The notes beneath the pieces are model-generated. The model had not been told where the DNA came from. It did not search any database and saw only the letters and a program-made list of their open reading frames with translations. From Parcubacteria bacterium C7867-008 (GTDB lineage Bacteria > Patescibacteriota > Minisyncoccia > Phycocordibacterales > Phycocordibacteraceae), in contig LFCR01000004.1 in NCBI GenBank assembly GCA_001189215.1, forward strand, positions 95,391 to 159,390: a stretch of 64,000 nucleotides of DNA. Reading direction: 5' to 3'. The position numbers and the translations under genes are program-made. The number at the start of each line of letters is the position of its first letter. Position 1 is the first letter of the stretch. This document shows positions 21,007-30,384 of this stretch, piece after piece.

Positions 21007-21417
21007 GTGATACGAATACAGAAAAGTCTTGCGGCGGTATTAGCTCTATTTTTTATAGGAGGTATCTTTCTCTGTGTAGGTAGTCTTTCAGTAATGAACC
21101 ACAGCATGTCCGCAGGCATGCCGTGTCCAATGGCAAGTGATCATGATGGGTGTTCGACTCCTTCCGACCACATTTCCTATTGGAGCGACATTCTTTCCGT
21201 AATACCTGCTGACTTCGCTGCACTCGTGCTGGCATTGGCAGCAGTCTGCGCTTGCGCATGGTTGATTAGTCGACATATTTGGAACTTAGCAAAGAAGCTT
21301 CCTCTCCTTCAACAGGCAACCTCACCGCCACTCAAATTTGTACCAAGACACATTCTGCAAGAAGCATTATCCAACGGCACTCTTCATCCAAAGCTGTACC
21401 ATACATTTTGTAGTTAA
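21007..21417 (+). CDS. Membrane protein with Cys/His/Met motif (possible copper-related)
   Basis: HSMSAGMPCPM..HDGC; two TM segments; LHPKLY tail; adjacent to DUF305 gene. Confidence 0.55.
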   Translation: MIRIQKSLAAVLALFFIGGIFLCVGSLSVMNHSMSAGMPCPMASDHDGCSTPSDHISYWSDILSVIPADFAALVLALAAVCACAWLISRHIWNLAKKLPLLQQATSPPLKFVPRHILQEALSNGTLHPKLYHTFCS

Positions 21418-21439
21418 ATTTATTCGTTCACTCAAGACT

Positions 21440-21859
21440 ATGAACACAACTACAAAAGTTATTGTTGCAGCGCTTATTGGTCTCGTGGTGGGTGTGGGAG
21501 GCACCGCTACCTTCTCAAGAGGAGATAAGGATACTGGGCGTGAGGATGTTCAACACGAGATGGCTAACCGCCAAATGATGGGAGGCAATAGCATGGGAAT
21601 GCAGGATGAAATGGGTGCAATGAATGGCATGCTCCAAGGGAAGACGGGGGATGCGTTTGATAAAGCGTTCCTTTCAGAAATGATAGCCCATCACCAAGGA
21701 GCTGTTGTAATGGCACAAGAGGCGCTTAAGAATGCAAAACACCAGGAAATAAAAGACTTGGCACAAGATATCATCACCGCGCAGAACAAAGAGATAACAG
21801 AAATGAAAGCATGGCAGATGGCATGGTACGGTTCAGAGAAACCGAGTTCAAGCCGCTAA
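21440..21859 (+). CDS. DUF305 (CopM-like) Met/His-rich protein
   Basis: FDKAFLSEMIAHHQGAVVMA, IITAQNKEITEM. Confidence 0.85.
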   Translation: MNTTTKVIVAALIGLVVGVGGTATFSRGDKDTGREDVQHEMANRQMMGGNSMGMQDEMGAMNGMLQGKTGDAFDKAFLSEMIAHHQGAVVMAQEALKNAKHQEIKDLAQDIITAQNKEITEMKAWQMAWYGSEKPSSSR

Positions 21860-21923
21860 CACATTAGTTTCAACTGACTTAAACGTAACGCAAAACACCC
21901 AGAGAAATCTGGGTGTTTTGTTG

Positions 21924-21951
21924 GCTCGCTTTGACTGACGATTTTCTAACT
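21924..21951 (-). repeat. 28-bp att-like motif (tRNA-Asn locus, distal copy)
   Basis: Minus strand AGTTAGAAAATCGTCAGTCAAAGCGAGC; resembles the array repeat's left arm and ends in GAGC like tRNA-Asn. Confidence 0.5.
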
Positions 21952-22054
21952 ATAGATTGGTCTGAAGAGTACCCATATCCCACAATCACACTGCAAGAGA
22001 CAGCTAACTTACTGTCAATATAAAACACCCGCGTGGGGTGTTTTTATATCTTGA

Positions 22055-22246
22055 TTACGCCTGGTCTACTGGTGCGGCATCAAATCTCGCCCTGTTTTCA
22101 GCCATCCACTTATTCATATCTCCGTTAGGGTCATTCATCACTTCGGGATGTGCCTGCATATAATGAGGTTGTAGTGCCTCCATCCATTCTTCAAAGGTCT
22201 CGCCCTTCGCTGTCGTTTCGCATAAATCGCATTTGAGTGTCTTCAT
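22055..22246 (-). CDS. DUF1059-like small metal-binding protein
   Basis: MKTLKCDLC...GETFEEWM...HYMQAH. Confidence 0.65.
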   Translation of the reverse strand: MKTLKCDLCETTAKGETFEEWMEALQPHYMQAHPEVMNDPNGDMNKWMAENRARFDAAPVDQA

Positions 22247-22352
22247 ATTTGTTAGTTAGTGGTAATGCAGAAAACGTATCACGGATTACGACAAGTTCGA
22301 AACTGCTTTAGGGCAAAAGAAAAACACCTTACGAAATAAGGCGTTTTCTCTG

Positions 22353-22380
22353 GCTCCGCTGGGTAGCGGACGTTAGAACT
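22353..22380 (-). repeat. 28-bp att-like motif (tRNA-Asn locus, proximal copy)
   Basis: Minus strand AGTTCTAACGTCCGCTACCCAGCGGAGC; the 3' part mimics the tRNA-Asn end CTACCCGCGGAGC. Confidence 0.7.
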
Positions 22381-22430
22381 TCTGTTTAAACAGAAAACCG
22401 CCCGAAGGAGGTTTTCCTTTGGACGGTTGC

Positions 22431-22661
22431 TTAGTTGCTATGCGCATACCCTGCATAAATCACGTCGCTGCTGCCGTTACGCACATAGGTCATCAGCTGG
22501 GTCGTGGGTTGGCCATCTTGCTGCCCACGCCAGGTAATCGTGGCAGCCTTTCCATCAAAACCTTCATCTTCAAGCAAGGTCCGAAGATGTTCCTCGCTAG
22601 TTGCCCGTCGGATGAGGCGCTCAATTTGACGCCCAAAATCCTCGTCCGTACTACTTTCCAT
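22431..22661 (-). CDS. Hypothetical protein (stand-alone cassette after tRNA-Asn)
   Basis: TTGACT-N17-TATTGT promoter, SD GGAG, terminator at about 22388-22430. Confidence 0.6.
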   Translation of the reverse strand: MESSTDEDFGRQIERLIRRATSEEHLRTLLEDEGFDGKAATITWRGQQDGQPTTQLMTYVRNGSSDVIYAGYAHSN

Positions 22662-22726
22662 TGGAATTACTCCAGGTTCAATTCAGAATATACAATAGCA
22701 CGGTATACAGATATAGTCAAGTTTTG

Positions 22727-22798
22727 CTCCGCGGGTAGGATTCGAACCTACGACCAAGTCGTTAACAGCGACCTGCTCTACCACTGAGCTACCGCGGA
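22727..22798 (-). tRNA. tRNA-Asn(GTT), CCA not encoded
   Basis: TCCGCGGTAGCTCAGTGGTAGAGCAGGTCGCTGTTAACGACTTGGTCGTAGGTTCGAATCCTACCCGCGGAG folds as a full cloverleaf. Confidence 0.97.
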
Positions 22799-22838
22799 AT
22801 GTAGCCTCCGAAGAGGCTGCATAGTTCCCGAAGGAACT

Positions 22839-23363
22839 TTGGCTATTCTAGCGGAAAACCAAGATTCAGCAACGGGTATAACTACACGTACCTTATTGAC
22901 TAACCCACGACACAGGACTAGGCTGCACACGGAGCTTGAGTGGGAGAGCACCGTGGTAAAACGGAGGAACGGTAATGGACGCAGGCGGGGAAAACTCAAA
23001 CATGAACTTACATGCAATGAGCGCGAGTACGGACGCATTGTCCGGCTTTGCGCTTCAGCGCTTCGAGCTGATGTAAACAAAGTTGGAAGACGCGCATACT
23101 ATGCACATCGAGGGGTATTGCGCCTCTTACCGCCAGGTATATATGTTGATGAAAATGGAAGAAAAAGAGAAGTCATCGGCATTGTGCTTGGCGAAACCGA
23201 TAGTGGGGTAGAACGATATCTTGTATTGTATATTGCAATTCTAAAGAACGGGGAACGTGAGCTGCAATACCGCTCACTTATTGAGAAGACTGGATGGTTT
23301 AGATACCTGATAGATCCAGAGACACCAAGATTTACGTACATCGGTACGAATTATGGGAACTAG
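22839..23363 (+). CDS. Hypothetical protein (start uncertain)
   Basis: Long ORF with a downstream hairpin terminator. Confidence 0.45.
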   Translation: MAILAENQDSATGITTRTLLTNPRHRTRLHTELEWESTVVKRRNGNGRRRGKLKHELTCNEREYGRIVRLCASALRADVNKVGRRAYYAHRGVLRLLPPGIYVDENGRKREVIGIVLGETDSGVERYLVLYIAILKNGERELQYRSLIEKTGWFRYLIDPETPRFTYIGTNYGN

Positions 23364-23471
23364 CACCGCAGCCAGCATTACTGGCTGCGGTTCCACTTTA
23401 TGTTTTTGAAGATATAAGACTAGCTTGAAGCGCTGTTGTAGGAGAGAATAGAGATTCAAACTTTCATTTCT

Positions 23472-23708
23472 ATGCTCACACTGTATGTAAAAACGGGCTG
23501 TCCTTATTGTGCAAAAGTTCTAACCGCAGGTGAAGAGCTTGGTATCGACTTCGACATTCGCAATGTATCTGATGACGCAATATCTGATGAGCTTGTCGCA
23601 CGAGGCGGTAAGCGTCAGATGCCATATCTCGTAGACACCGAAAAGAATGTTGAGATGTATGAGTCAGAAGACATTGTTGCGTATCTTCATCAACGCTTCG
23701 CAGTATAA
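23472..23708 (+). CDS. Glutaredoxin-like protein
   Basis: GCPYC, GGKRQMPYL, MYESEDI. Confidence 0.9.
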   Translation: MLTLYVKTGCPYCAKVLTAGEELGIDFDIRNVSDDAISDELVARGGKRQMPYLVDTEKNVEMYESEDIVAYLHQRFAV

Positions 23709-23757
23709 TAGGTAAGGTTTATAGGTTGTGCGCTAGACCAGTAACTTCCTATTTCAT

Positions 23758-24129
23758 ATGAATATATACTTCAAGAATACTCATCCTGATGTGCAAACTT
23801 CTCTCATCTCGCGAGCAGAGAAAAAGATTAACAGTCTCTCAAAGCAAATAGATGAAGGAAGATTTGAGGCTCAGACATATGTTGAGATAACGAAGGCAAC
23901 CGGTTCACAGCACTCTGACGCAGCATGGCGTACCAGCATCAATGTTGATATCAGAGGTGAACGATTCCATGCGGAATCGGTACAAAATACGCCAGAGAAA
24001 GCAACGAACCGAGCAATCAATGAAATACGAAGTGAACTGCGCACACATAGGGAACGAGAGCGCGTAACAGAGCGAAAGGATGGCAGCTTCTGGAAGACGC
24101 TTCAGCAGCGCGACTTCAGTCCGCAATAG
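23758..24129 (+). CDS. HPF/RaiA ribosome-associated inhibitor family
   Basis: MNIYFKN, AEKKINSL, RAINEIRSELR pattern. Confidence 0.7.
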   Translation: MNIYFKNTHPDVQTSLISRAEKKINSLSKQIDEGRFEAQTYVEITKATGSQHSDAAWRTSINVDIRGERFHAESVQNTPEKATNRAINEIRSELRTHRERERVTERKDGSFWKTLQQRDFSPQ

Positions 24130-24976
24130 ACGCCAGAAACGTCTGGTACGGCATCTCTCGTTTCCCTTCAGGGATTACCTGTTCGATAACAAAGGCATCA
24201 TCACGGTATGATGCCTTTGTTATTTTCACGCGTATCTTTATCCCGTTTCGTTCTACAAAGAAATACAGACCTGGCCAGCCTTCATACGCGCAGTATTTAA
24301 GATAATTCTCTCGTGCAGGACCCGTAGGATCAATGAGCCCATCTTCTTTCTCTATCTTACGCGTGAATGTAACGAGAGTATTATCTTGTGGCGTTGCAGG
24401 AATAGTACCCGCAACCCAACCAGGTAATACGGAAGCAAGAGAGCACCCACCGGCGCGAGCAAGTATCTCAGACAACTCTGTTCGTCCAACGGGCCATCCT
24501 GAAATCTCTATACGTTCTTGCGCAAGAACAGGACCAGTGTCCATACCTTCATCAAGCAACATAATAGACACCCCAACCTCCTTCTCATCTGAAAGAATCT
24601 GTCCTTCGATCGGAGCTGCTCCTCGATACTTAGGGAGGAGTGATGGATGCACATTGATGCAGCCATGAGGAGTGAGGCTCAGCACACGTTTAGAAAGAAT
24701 CTTTCCATATGCGGCAACCACAAATACTTCACACTCATAGGCACTAATTTCAGTACGAAAAGCAGCATCTAACTTCTCAGGCTGCAGAATAGGAATATTG
24801 TGCTCACGTGCCCACACCTTAACCTCAGACTCGGTGAGCTGCATGCCACGACCCGCAGGACGGTCTGGTGCTGTAACAATCACCTTAGGAAGCATCTCTG
24901 CTTTTTCCATCTCCTCTAGTACCCACACCGCCACCATAGGCGTACCGAAGAATGCGTAGTTGCTATTAGTCTTCAT
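24116..24976 (-). CDS. fmt: Methionyl-tRNA formyltransferase
   Basis: FFGTP, PDRPAGRG, NVHPSLLPKYRGAAP, MDTGPV. Confidence 0.95.
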   Translation of the reverse strand: MKTNSNYAFFGTPMVAVWVLEEMEKAEMLPKVIVTAPDRPAGRGMQLTESEVKVWAREHNIPILQPEKLDAAFRTEISAYECEVFVVAAYGKILSKRVLSLTPHGCINVHPSLLPKYRGAAPIEGQILSDEKEVGVSIMLLDEGMDTGPVLAQERIEISGWPVGRTELSEILARAGGCSLASVLPGWVAGTIPATPQDNTLVTFTRKIEKEDGLIDPTGPARENYLKYCAYEGWPGLYFFVERNGIKIRVKITKASYRDDAFVIEQVIPEGKREMPYQTFLASIAD

Positions 24977-25493
24977 GATGGTGCTTTTCTTCGCGATGAA
25001 CCTCAAATTGCTCGTGCGCATGATCAATAAACAAGATGCCATTTAAATGATCAATTTCATGCTGGAAGACTTGTGCAAGAATACCGCCACCGCCACGTTC
25101 AAACTTGGCGCCATCTACCGTGCGTGCACGTACGGTAGCTCGATCATGTCGAACGGTCTTTCCATAGATACCACGTACGGAGAGACACCCCTCGTCCATC
25201 TCCACCTGACGACGAGATGCCTTCACAAATTCAGGATTGATATAGATCCCCACATGAGCCGGAAGTGGTGCATCACCAGGTGATGAGAGGAGTCGGTCAT
25301 AGCGCACGATAAACAATCGCTTACTCACCCCAACCTGAGGAGCAGCAAGTGCCACGCCATCTGGTTCAGCATTCAATGCCTCGGCCATTCCATCAACCAG
25401 CGCCTTAAGTTCGGGGGTACCAAACTCTTCTTCGGTGATGGAATCAGACACTGCATCAAGTACCGGGTCTCCATCTTGAACAATGCTATACAT
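24966..25493 (-). CDS. def: Peptide deformylase
   Basis: GVALAAPQVG, EGCLS, QHEIDHLNG. Confidence 0.95.
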   Translation of the reverse strand: MYSIVQDGDPVLDAVSDSITEEEFGTPELKALVDGMAEALNAEPDGVALAAPQVGVSKRLFIVRYDRLLSSPGDAPLPAHVGIYINPEFVKASRRQVEMDEGCLSVRGIYGKTVRHDRATVRARTVDGAKFERGGGGILAQVFQHEIDHLNGILFIDHAHEQFEVHREEKHHHED

Positions 25494-25520
25494 GCGGACA
25501 CCATAGCATACGTAGGGATA

Positions 25521-25867
25521 TGAAAAAGCCGCCTTCAAAGAAGACGGCGAATGGAACGAAAGAGCGGGGGGTGTACCGCCGACTGCCAGCGCTAACTTAT
25601 TGTAGGGTCCGTTGGGGCAAACCAGACAAAGAGAGCTGCTCAAGCAGTCGGCGGTACGACGCTGAAGACCGATACATACGGGAGGGAGGGGAGAGCGCCT
25701 CCTATTAGTCTTCAGCGAAATGGGAATCGAGGTACAAGTGGACTGGGGTGAGGGAGGGTTCGTGTCCCTCACCCCCTGGAGCTCTGGGTGAGGGACATCC
25801 CGAGCATCGACAGTGTCCAGTCTCAAGCTTTAGGCTCCTGCGAGGAAGACTTCAAACGAGGGACACC
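25521..25867 (-). ncRNA. Candidate structured ncRNA (~345 nt), family unknown
   Basis: TATAGT -10 at 25871-25876; several 10-14 bp stems; terminator GCCGTCTTC/GAAGGCGGC+T-tract; no credible ORF. Confidence 0.6.
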
Positions 25868-25879
25868 AATACTATAAGT

Positions 25880-27736
25880 CTAAAATGCTTCCGGGTCAAT
25901 AAGGATGCGCACCGAGGGTGGCAGAGTGCGAAGACGGGCATGCAGCTCTTGATTCGGCCAGATTCCTTCAGAAAGGTGCAATACGTAGGAACGTCGTAGC
26001 ATCGTTCGCGTAAGGGGACGATCGGGAAGTACCGTAAATGAATGTGTGCCAATCGCAGAACGAATTGCAGAGCCTAATGCATCAAGTTGATTTCGTGTTG
26101 CTTCTGCTTGTATTGAAATGAGTGTCCCAAAAGGTGGGTAGTGGAGAGCAGAACGAAGTGCCGTCTCCTCTGTAAAGAAAGAAGTTGTTTGCGGATGAAG
26201 TACTGCGTCCACAGCTGTATCTTCAGGAAGACGCGTGCCAAGGAGCAACCGTTCTGTCATACCAACAACGGTGTATGCAAGACGAACAAATCGTTCTCGT
26301 GCTCGCCAGAACGGAAGCGCAAGTAGACTATCTGCTGATGCAATCACCACAAGATCAAATTGAGGCACCTGCGATGCTCGTATCCAGGGTACAGCACCTT
26401 CTGTACCAACAACAATAGTGCACGGACGGGGAGCATCAACAAGTGCTTTCTTTGCCATGGAGAGAGTGCGCACCGTATCACCATCAAATCGGATGACAGT
26501 GGCGTCGGGAAAAGCTGCACGAAGCTCTTCTTCAACTCGTTCAACACCAACACCAAGGGGCATAAGGTTCCAGCTCTTACATAGCTCACAAAGCACATTC
26601 GTATTCTCAAGTATCCTTCCATCTACCGTACGGAAGGCACGTCCGTGTGGACCTTCTTTTGTAAACGTGAGTACGTTACCAAATTCATCAACACGGGTGG
26701 TACCGCAATCCCTACACACGACGCTTGGTGCATACCCCCTACGCACAGCAAGAGCCAGTACCCGACCTCCGGTATCAAGGGTCTTAGCAATCTCATCACG
26801 CATTGCCTGTGGCACTGCCATCCACTGCTCTTCTTTTGTCTCTTCCTCCACAACAGCCTTGGGCTTTTCAGTATCAAGCTTCTCCCGACGCATATCGAGG
26901 ATAGTAACGGATGGATCAGTAGTAGTGAGCGGAGCTGCGGGGTCCGGTCGGTACTCCAGAGGGAGTGGGAAATCCCCATACGCAAGATTAATTGATCTGG
27001 CACGTGCAAGTTCAGTGAGTGCGACACGCATATCGAGATACGGACGCTTTGGTGAGCGATAGCTACCTGCTCCTGCACGCTCAACAATGATGGTTCCAAG
27101 ATTCTGTATGGGGGTCCATGAAAATGATGGAGTACTTATAACCAAAGAAGCTGATGAAGCTGCATGAAGTGCTGCTTCACGTTTTTGTCCAACAAGGGTA
27201 CTTGAAAGCACTACAGGTTTGTATTTGGCTAGACACTGTTTCCAATATTCCGTCTCTGCAATAGTTGGAACAACAAGAAGTACAGGGTGCTGTGTTCTGG
27301 AAATGGAATCCGTGTACGAGCGTATACGCTCTTCAACGGGCATCTCTACCGTGTTCACCGCAAATCCTGAACCTTCGTGTAGGTTCTGTATTTCAGCAAA
27401 CGAGAGATCACTGCGTATATGTTCTCCAAACAGACTTCCGAGCGTGCTGCCTAGTGTTGATGCATGGAGTTGTGCGGTTCGTTCTGCAGCAGTACGTAAC
27501 GACTCAGGCAGTGTGCCCATAACCGTTGGCACACTCTTAGTAAGTACAAACGTTGCGTTCTTAAGTGTTGCCTTTGCCTCTGCAACACTCTGACAACTCA
27601 CCACCAATCCCTGTACCATCCGACGACGTAGCGAAACTTCCACAATCGTTCCTTCAGTAAGGGCGGTACGGCTACGATAGGTAAGTGTACCGGCGGGAGC
27701 GGTACGCGAAAAAGGGATCACGTCGACGACGTACAT
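25880..27736 (-). CDS. priA: PriA-like primosomal protein (degenerate helicase)
   Basis: N-terminal 3'-binding domain, RRGYAPSVVCRDCG, GVGVERVEEEL, YPPFG; no Walker A seen. Confidence 0.8.
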   Translation of the reverse strand: MYVVDVIPFSRTAPAGTLTYRSRTALTEGTIVEVSLRRRMVQGLVVSCQSVAEAKATLKNATFVLTKSVPTVMGTLPESLRTAAERTAQLHASTLGSTLGSLFGEHIRSDLSFAEIQNLHEGSGFAVNTVEMPVEERIRSYTDSISRTQHPVLLVVPTIAETEYWKQCLAKYKPVVLSSTLVGQKREAALHAASSASLVISTPSFSWTPIQNLGTIIVERAGAGSYRSPKRPYLDMRVALTELARARSINLAYGDFPLPLEYRPDPAAPLTTTDPSVTILDMRREKLDTEKPKAVVEEETKEEQWMAVPQAMRDEIAKTLDTGGRVLALAVRRGYAPSVVCRDCGTTRVDEFGNVLTFTKEGPHGRAFRTVDGRILENTNVLCELCKSWNLMPLGVGVERVEEELRAAFPDATVIRFDGDTVRTLSMAKKALVDAPRPCTIVVGTEGAVPWIRASQVPQFDLVVIASADSLLALPFWRARERFVRLAYTVVGMTERLLLGTRLPEDTAVDAVLHPQTTSFFTEETALRSALHYPPFGTLISIQAEATRNQLDALGSAIRSAIGTHSFTVLPDRPLTRTMLRRSYVLHLSEGIWPNQELHARLRTLPPSVRILIDPEAF

Positions 27737-27763
27737 CCCTCTATCGTAGCAAATTTGGCTGAA

Positions 27764-28564
27764 CTAGATCGGAAGCGTAAACGTACGGTTATCGTCACGA
27801 ACAACGATAGTACCGGCATCCCACGGTATAGCGACCGGTGCCAGGCCTCCATTAAAGAGTGGCGCGAAGAACTGAGGCTTGAGTGGATTTAGCTCAAACA
27901 CGGCAAGGGTGGTGCCATACCCAATTATAAGAACGTCCTGACGTCCCGGATATGCAATGACAGAATGCAACTTAGCGATAGGCGCAAAGATAACGGTGGT
28001 AGCGCACGTACCTCCAACACAAAGATACGGCGGAGGGGTGCAGCCGGTTGAAGTTGCAACAGTTGCCACTACACGATTATTTGAAACAAATACATTTGCG
28101 CATCCATTTTCCATAACGATTGGGTGTGTTGCATCTGGAAGAAGTGCTGCGGCAAGTGCCTTCGTTGCTTCCGTGCGTGCTGGTTCTTCAAGAGAAGAAC
28201 GATCTGCTGTTACCGGAACAAACACCGGAGAAATACGCAGATCAGTACCTGCAGTTACGGGCACCAGATCGCTCCACGGATGGTTACCCACTGAGTCCAC
28301 GATGATGCTGTGATTACCGGGCACAAGTGCGATACGCACATCGGTACCGTGCCCTACCGCGCGCTTTGCCTCGTCTGCATACACCACCGCGTCAGTAGGG
28401 ATGTTTGTCAGAACGAGGGTACCGGCACGCACAACGGTGAGACCTGGACCAACACGGAAACCAAGTACATATCCCGCAGTAAATACCACGATAAGGAGAG
28501 CAATTATAAGAAGCGGTGCGTAACGACGAGCAAAGGAACGGATGCGTTTGAGTGTTGGATTCAT
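27764..28564 (-). CDS. Membrane-anchored protein with PEGA-like domain
   Basis: N-terminal TM, GTLVLTNIPTDAVVYAD, LVPGNHSI. Confidence 0.6.
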   Translation of the reverse strand: MNPTLKRIRSFARRYAPLLIIALLIVVFTAGYVLGFRVGPGLTVVRAGTLVLTNIPTDAVVYADEAKRAVGHGTDVRIALVPGNHSIIVDSVGNHPWSDLVPVTAGTDLRISPVFVPVTADRSSLEEPARTEATKALAAALLPDATHPIVMENGCANVFVSNNRVVATVATSTGCTPPPYLCVGGTCATTVIFAPIAKLHSVIAYPGRQDVLIIGYGTTLAVFELNPLKPQFFAPLFNGGLAPVAIPWDAGTIVVRDDNRTFTLPI

Positions 28565-28620
28565 GCGAGGATTACGATATCAGAGAACTCTATAAGGAGC
28601 TACCGAAAGAATAGATGAAG

Positions 28621-29937
28621 CTAGGACATGCCTCTAATTTCTGCCCCAATAGCGGTGAGACGAGAAACCAGGTCTTCATACCCACGATTAATGCTATACA
28701 CGTTACGTAATATGGACTGACCATCCGCACCGAGCATAGCAATTAAGAGGATTGTTGCTGGTCGTAGTGCAGGAGGGCACACCAATTCAGAACCACGCAG
28801 ATGACGAGGACCGGTGATTGAAATACGGTGTGGATCAAGAAGAAGGGTATCTGCCCCTAAGCGATCAAGTTCGGTGTAGTAGATCGCACGCTTTTCATAT
28901 ACCCAGTCATGAATGAGAGTGGTTCCCTCTGCTTGTGTAGCAATTACAGCAAAGAACGGAAGATTATCGATGTTCAAACCTGGATACGGTCGTGCATGAA
29001 TCTTTTCAGGGAATGCTGTGAGTTGTGTTGTTGTTGCATCAATAGCAATGTCCGCGAGTTTGGTAATACCATTCTCGCTCACCCCTACATCGGTAACCTC
29101 AAAGGGAAGCCCCATAGCTTCAAGTACGGCAAGCTCTACCTCAAGGAATTCAATCGGTGCGCGGGTGATAGTGAGCTTTGAATGGGTCGTTACCGCAGCT
29201 GCAATAAAGAACATGGCATCAGTGGGATCTTCCGCAACCGTGTACGACACATCTACATTCATTTCCGGTAGTCCGGTGATCGTAAGTGTCGTGGTGCCAA
29301 CACCATCAATCGTTGCACCAAGCAGTTGAAGGTATCCGCAAATCTCCTGTACCTGGTAGTTTGCAGATGCGTATTTAATGACAGACGTACCGGGAATTCG
29401 AGAGGCCGCAAAGAGTGCGTTAATCGTTGCCGTATCACTAGACTCATACAGCACGATAGTCTGTGCAGAGAGCTCCGTGTTGCTTACGTGATAGTGGTCA
29501 CTTTCTGTATCGATCTTCACACCGAATCGTTCAAGTGCCCACAAGTGCGGACGCACGGAACGAAGACCCAGGTGACACCCCCCAGACTGCGGAATATCAA
29601 AACTCTTGAAGTGATGGATGAGCGGACCAATGAACATCAGAATGCTACGCGTGCGGATAGCAGCAGCACGGTCGATACTTGCAAGATCAATAATTTCAGG
29701 AGGAGTAAGGGTAAGAGTGTGATCATCCCATACTGCTTTCATACCGATTGATTCAAGCACCTCAACAAGACGGTGTACCTCTTCGATCTTTGGTACCTGA
29801 TGGAGGGTGGTCGTTCCTTTATTAAGAAGTGATGCTGCAAGCAGTGCAACGGCACCATTCTTAGAGCGATTAGTGAGCACTGAGCCGTGTAGCTTCTTTC
29901 CGCCCTCAATAATGAATCCGCTTTCCGTGCTTGCCAT
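28621..29937 (-). CDS. murA: UDP-N-acetylglucosamine 1-carboxyvinyltransferase
   Basis: SKNGAV, GGCHLGLRS, RGYEDL. Confidence 0.92.
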   Translation of the reverse strand: MASTESGFIIEGGKKLHGSVLTNRSKNGAVALLAASLLNKGTTTLHQVPKIEEVHRLVEVLESIGMKAVWDDHTLTLTPPEIIDLASIDRAAAIRTRSILMFIGPLIHHFKSFDIPQSGGCHLGLRSVRPHLWALERFGVKIDTESDHYHVSNTELSAQTIVLYESSDTATINALFAASRIPGTSVIKYASANYQVQEICGYLQLLGATIDGVGTTTLTITGLPEMNVDVSYTVAEDPTDAMFFIAAAVTTHSKLTITRAPIEFLEVELAVLEAMGLPFEVTDVGVSENGITKLADIAIDATTTQLTAFPEKIHARPYPGLNIDNLPFFAVIATQAEGTTLIHDWVYEKRAIYYTELDRLGADTLLLDPHRISITGPRHLRGSELVCPPALRPATILLIAMLGADGQSILRNVYSINRGYEDLVSRLTAIGAEIRGMS

Positions 29938-30020
29938 AGGGACCTATTGTACAACGAGTATATTCATATAAGAAAATGCCCGCCGGGGTACGGCGGACAC
30001 ATTCGACACGGGACTGGCCA

Positions 30021-30284
30021 TCAGGCAGCATTCAGTAGACCCATAAGTTGTGCATTACTCTTCATGCGCAATCTGAGCTGACCAGGAGTGCCGGCCACAA
30101 CACCAACCGTCTCTCCGGCCAGGTGACCCGCGTAAAGGGTGAACTCTGGGCGATCATGGACCGTGGTGAGAGAAGCTGCATATTCTTGTTCGTAACGCAC
30201 AAAGTCCTCGCGAGTGACTTCACGCCACCCACGGCTATCGTTGATAATGAAGTAGCGACACTGTTCGTCCATCACTGTTGGCAT
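30021..30284 (-). CDS. Hypothetical protein (stand-alone cassette)
   Basis: SD GAGGAG, own terminator hairpin at about 29970-30000. Confidence 0.55.
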   Translation of the reverse strand: MPTVMDEQCRYFIINDSRGWREVTREDFVRYEQEYAASLTTVHDRPEFTLYAGHLAGETVGVVAGTPGQLRLRMKSNAQLMGLLNAA

Positions 30285-30384
30285 TGGAATCTCCTCTGAA
30301 CTGGACTGTACATATGATTTGAAATAAATCAACTTCTGACGATATTTTGTAGCCAAAAGATAAAGGCGTTATGATGAGTGGGTA

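Noticed and set aside
25494-25826. N-terminal extension of def in the ORF track
   Set aside because: The true start is ATG 25493, preceded by a leaderless -10; the extension runs through a terminator and structured RNA
25521-25867. RNase P RNA or tmRNA
   Set aside because: The size fits, but I could not find the universal P4 motifs or tRNA-like ends; left as an unknown ncRNA
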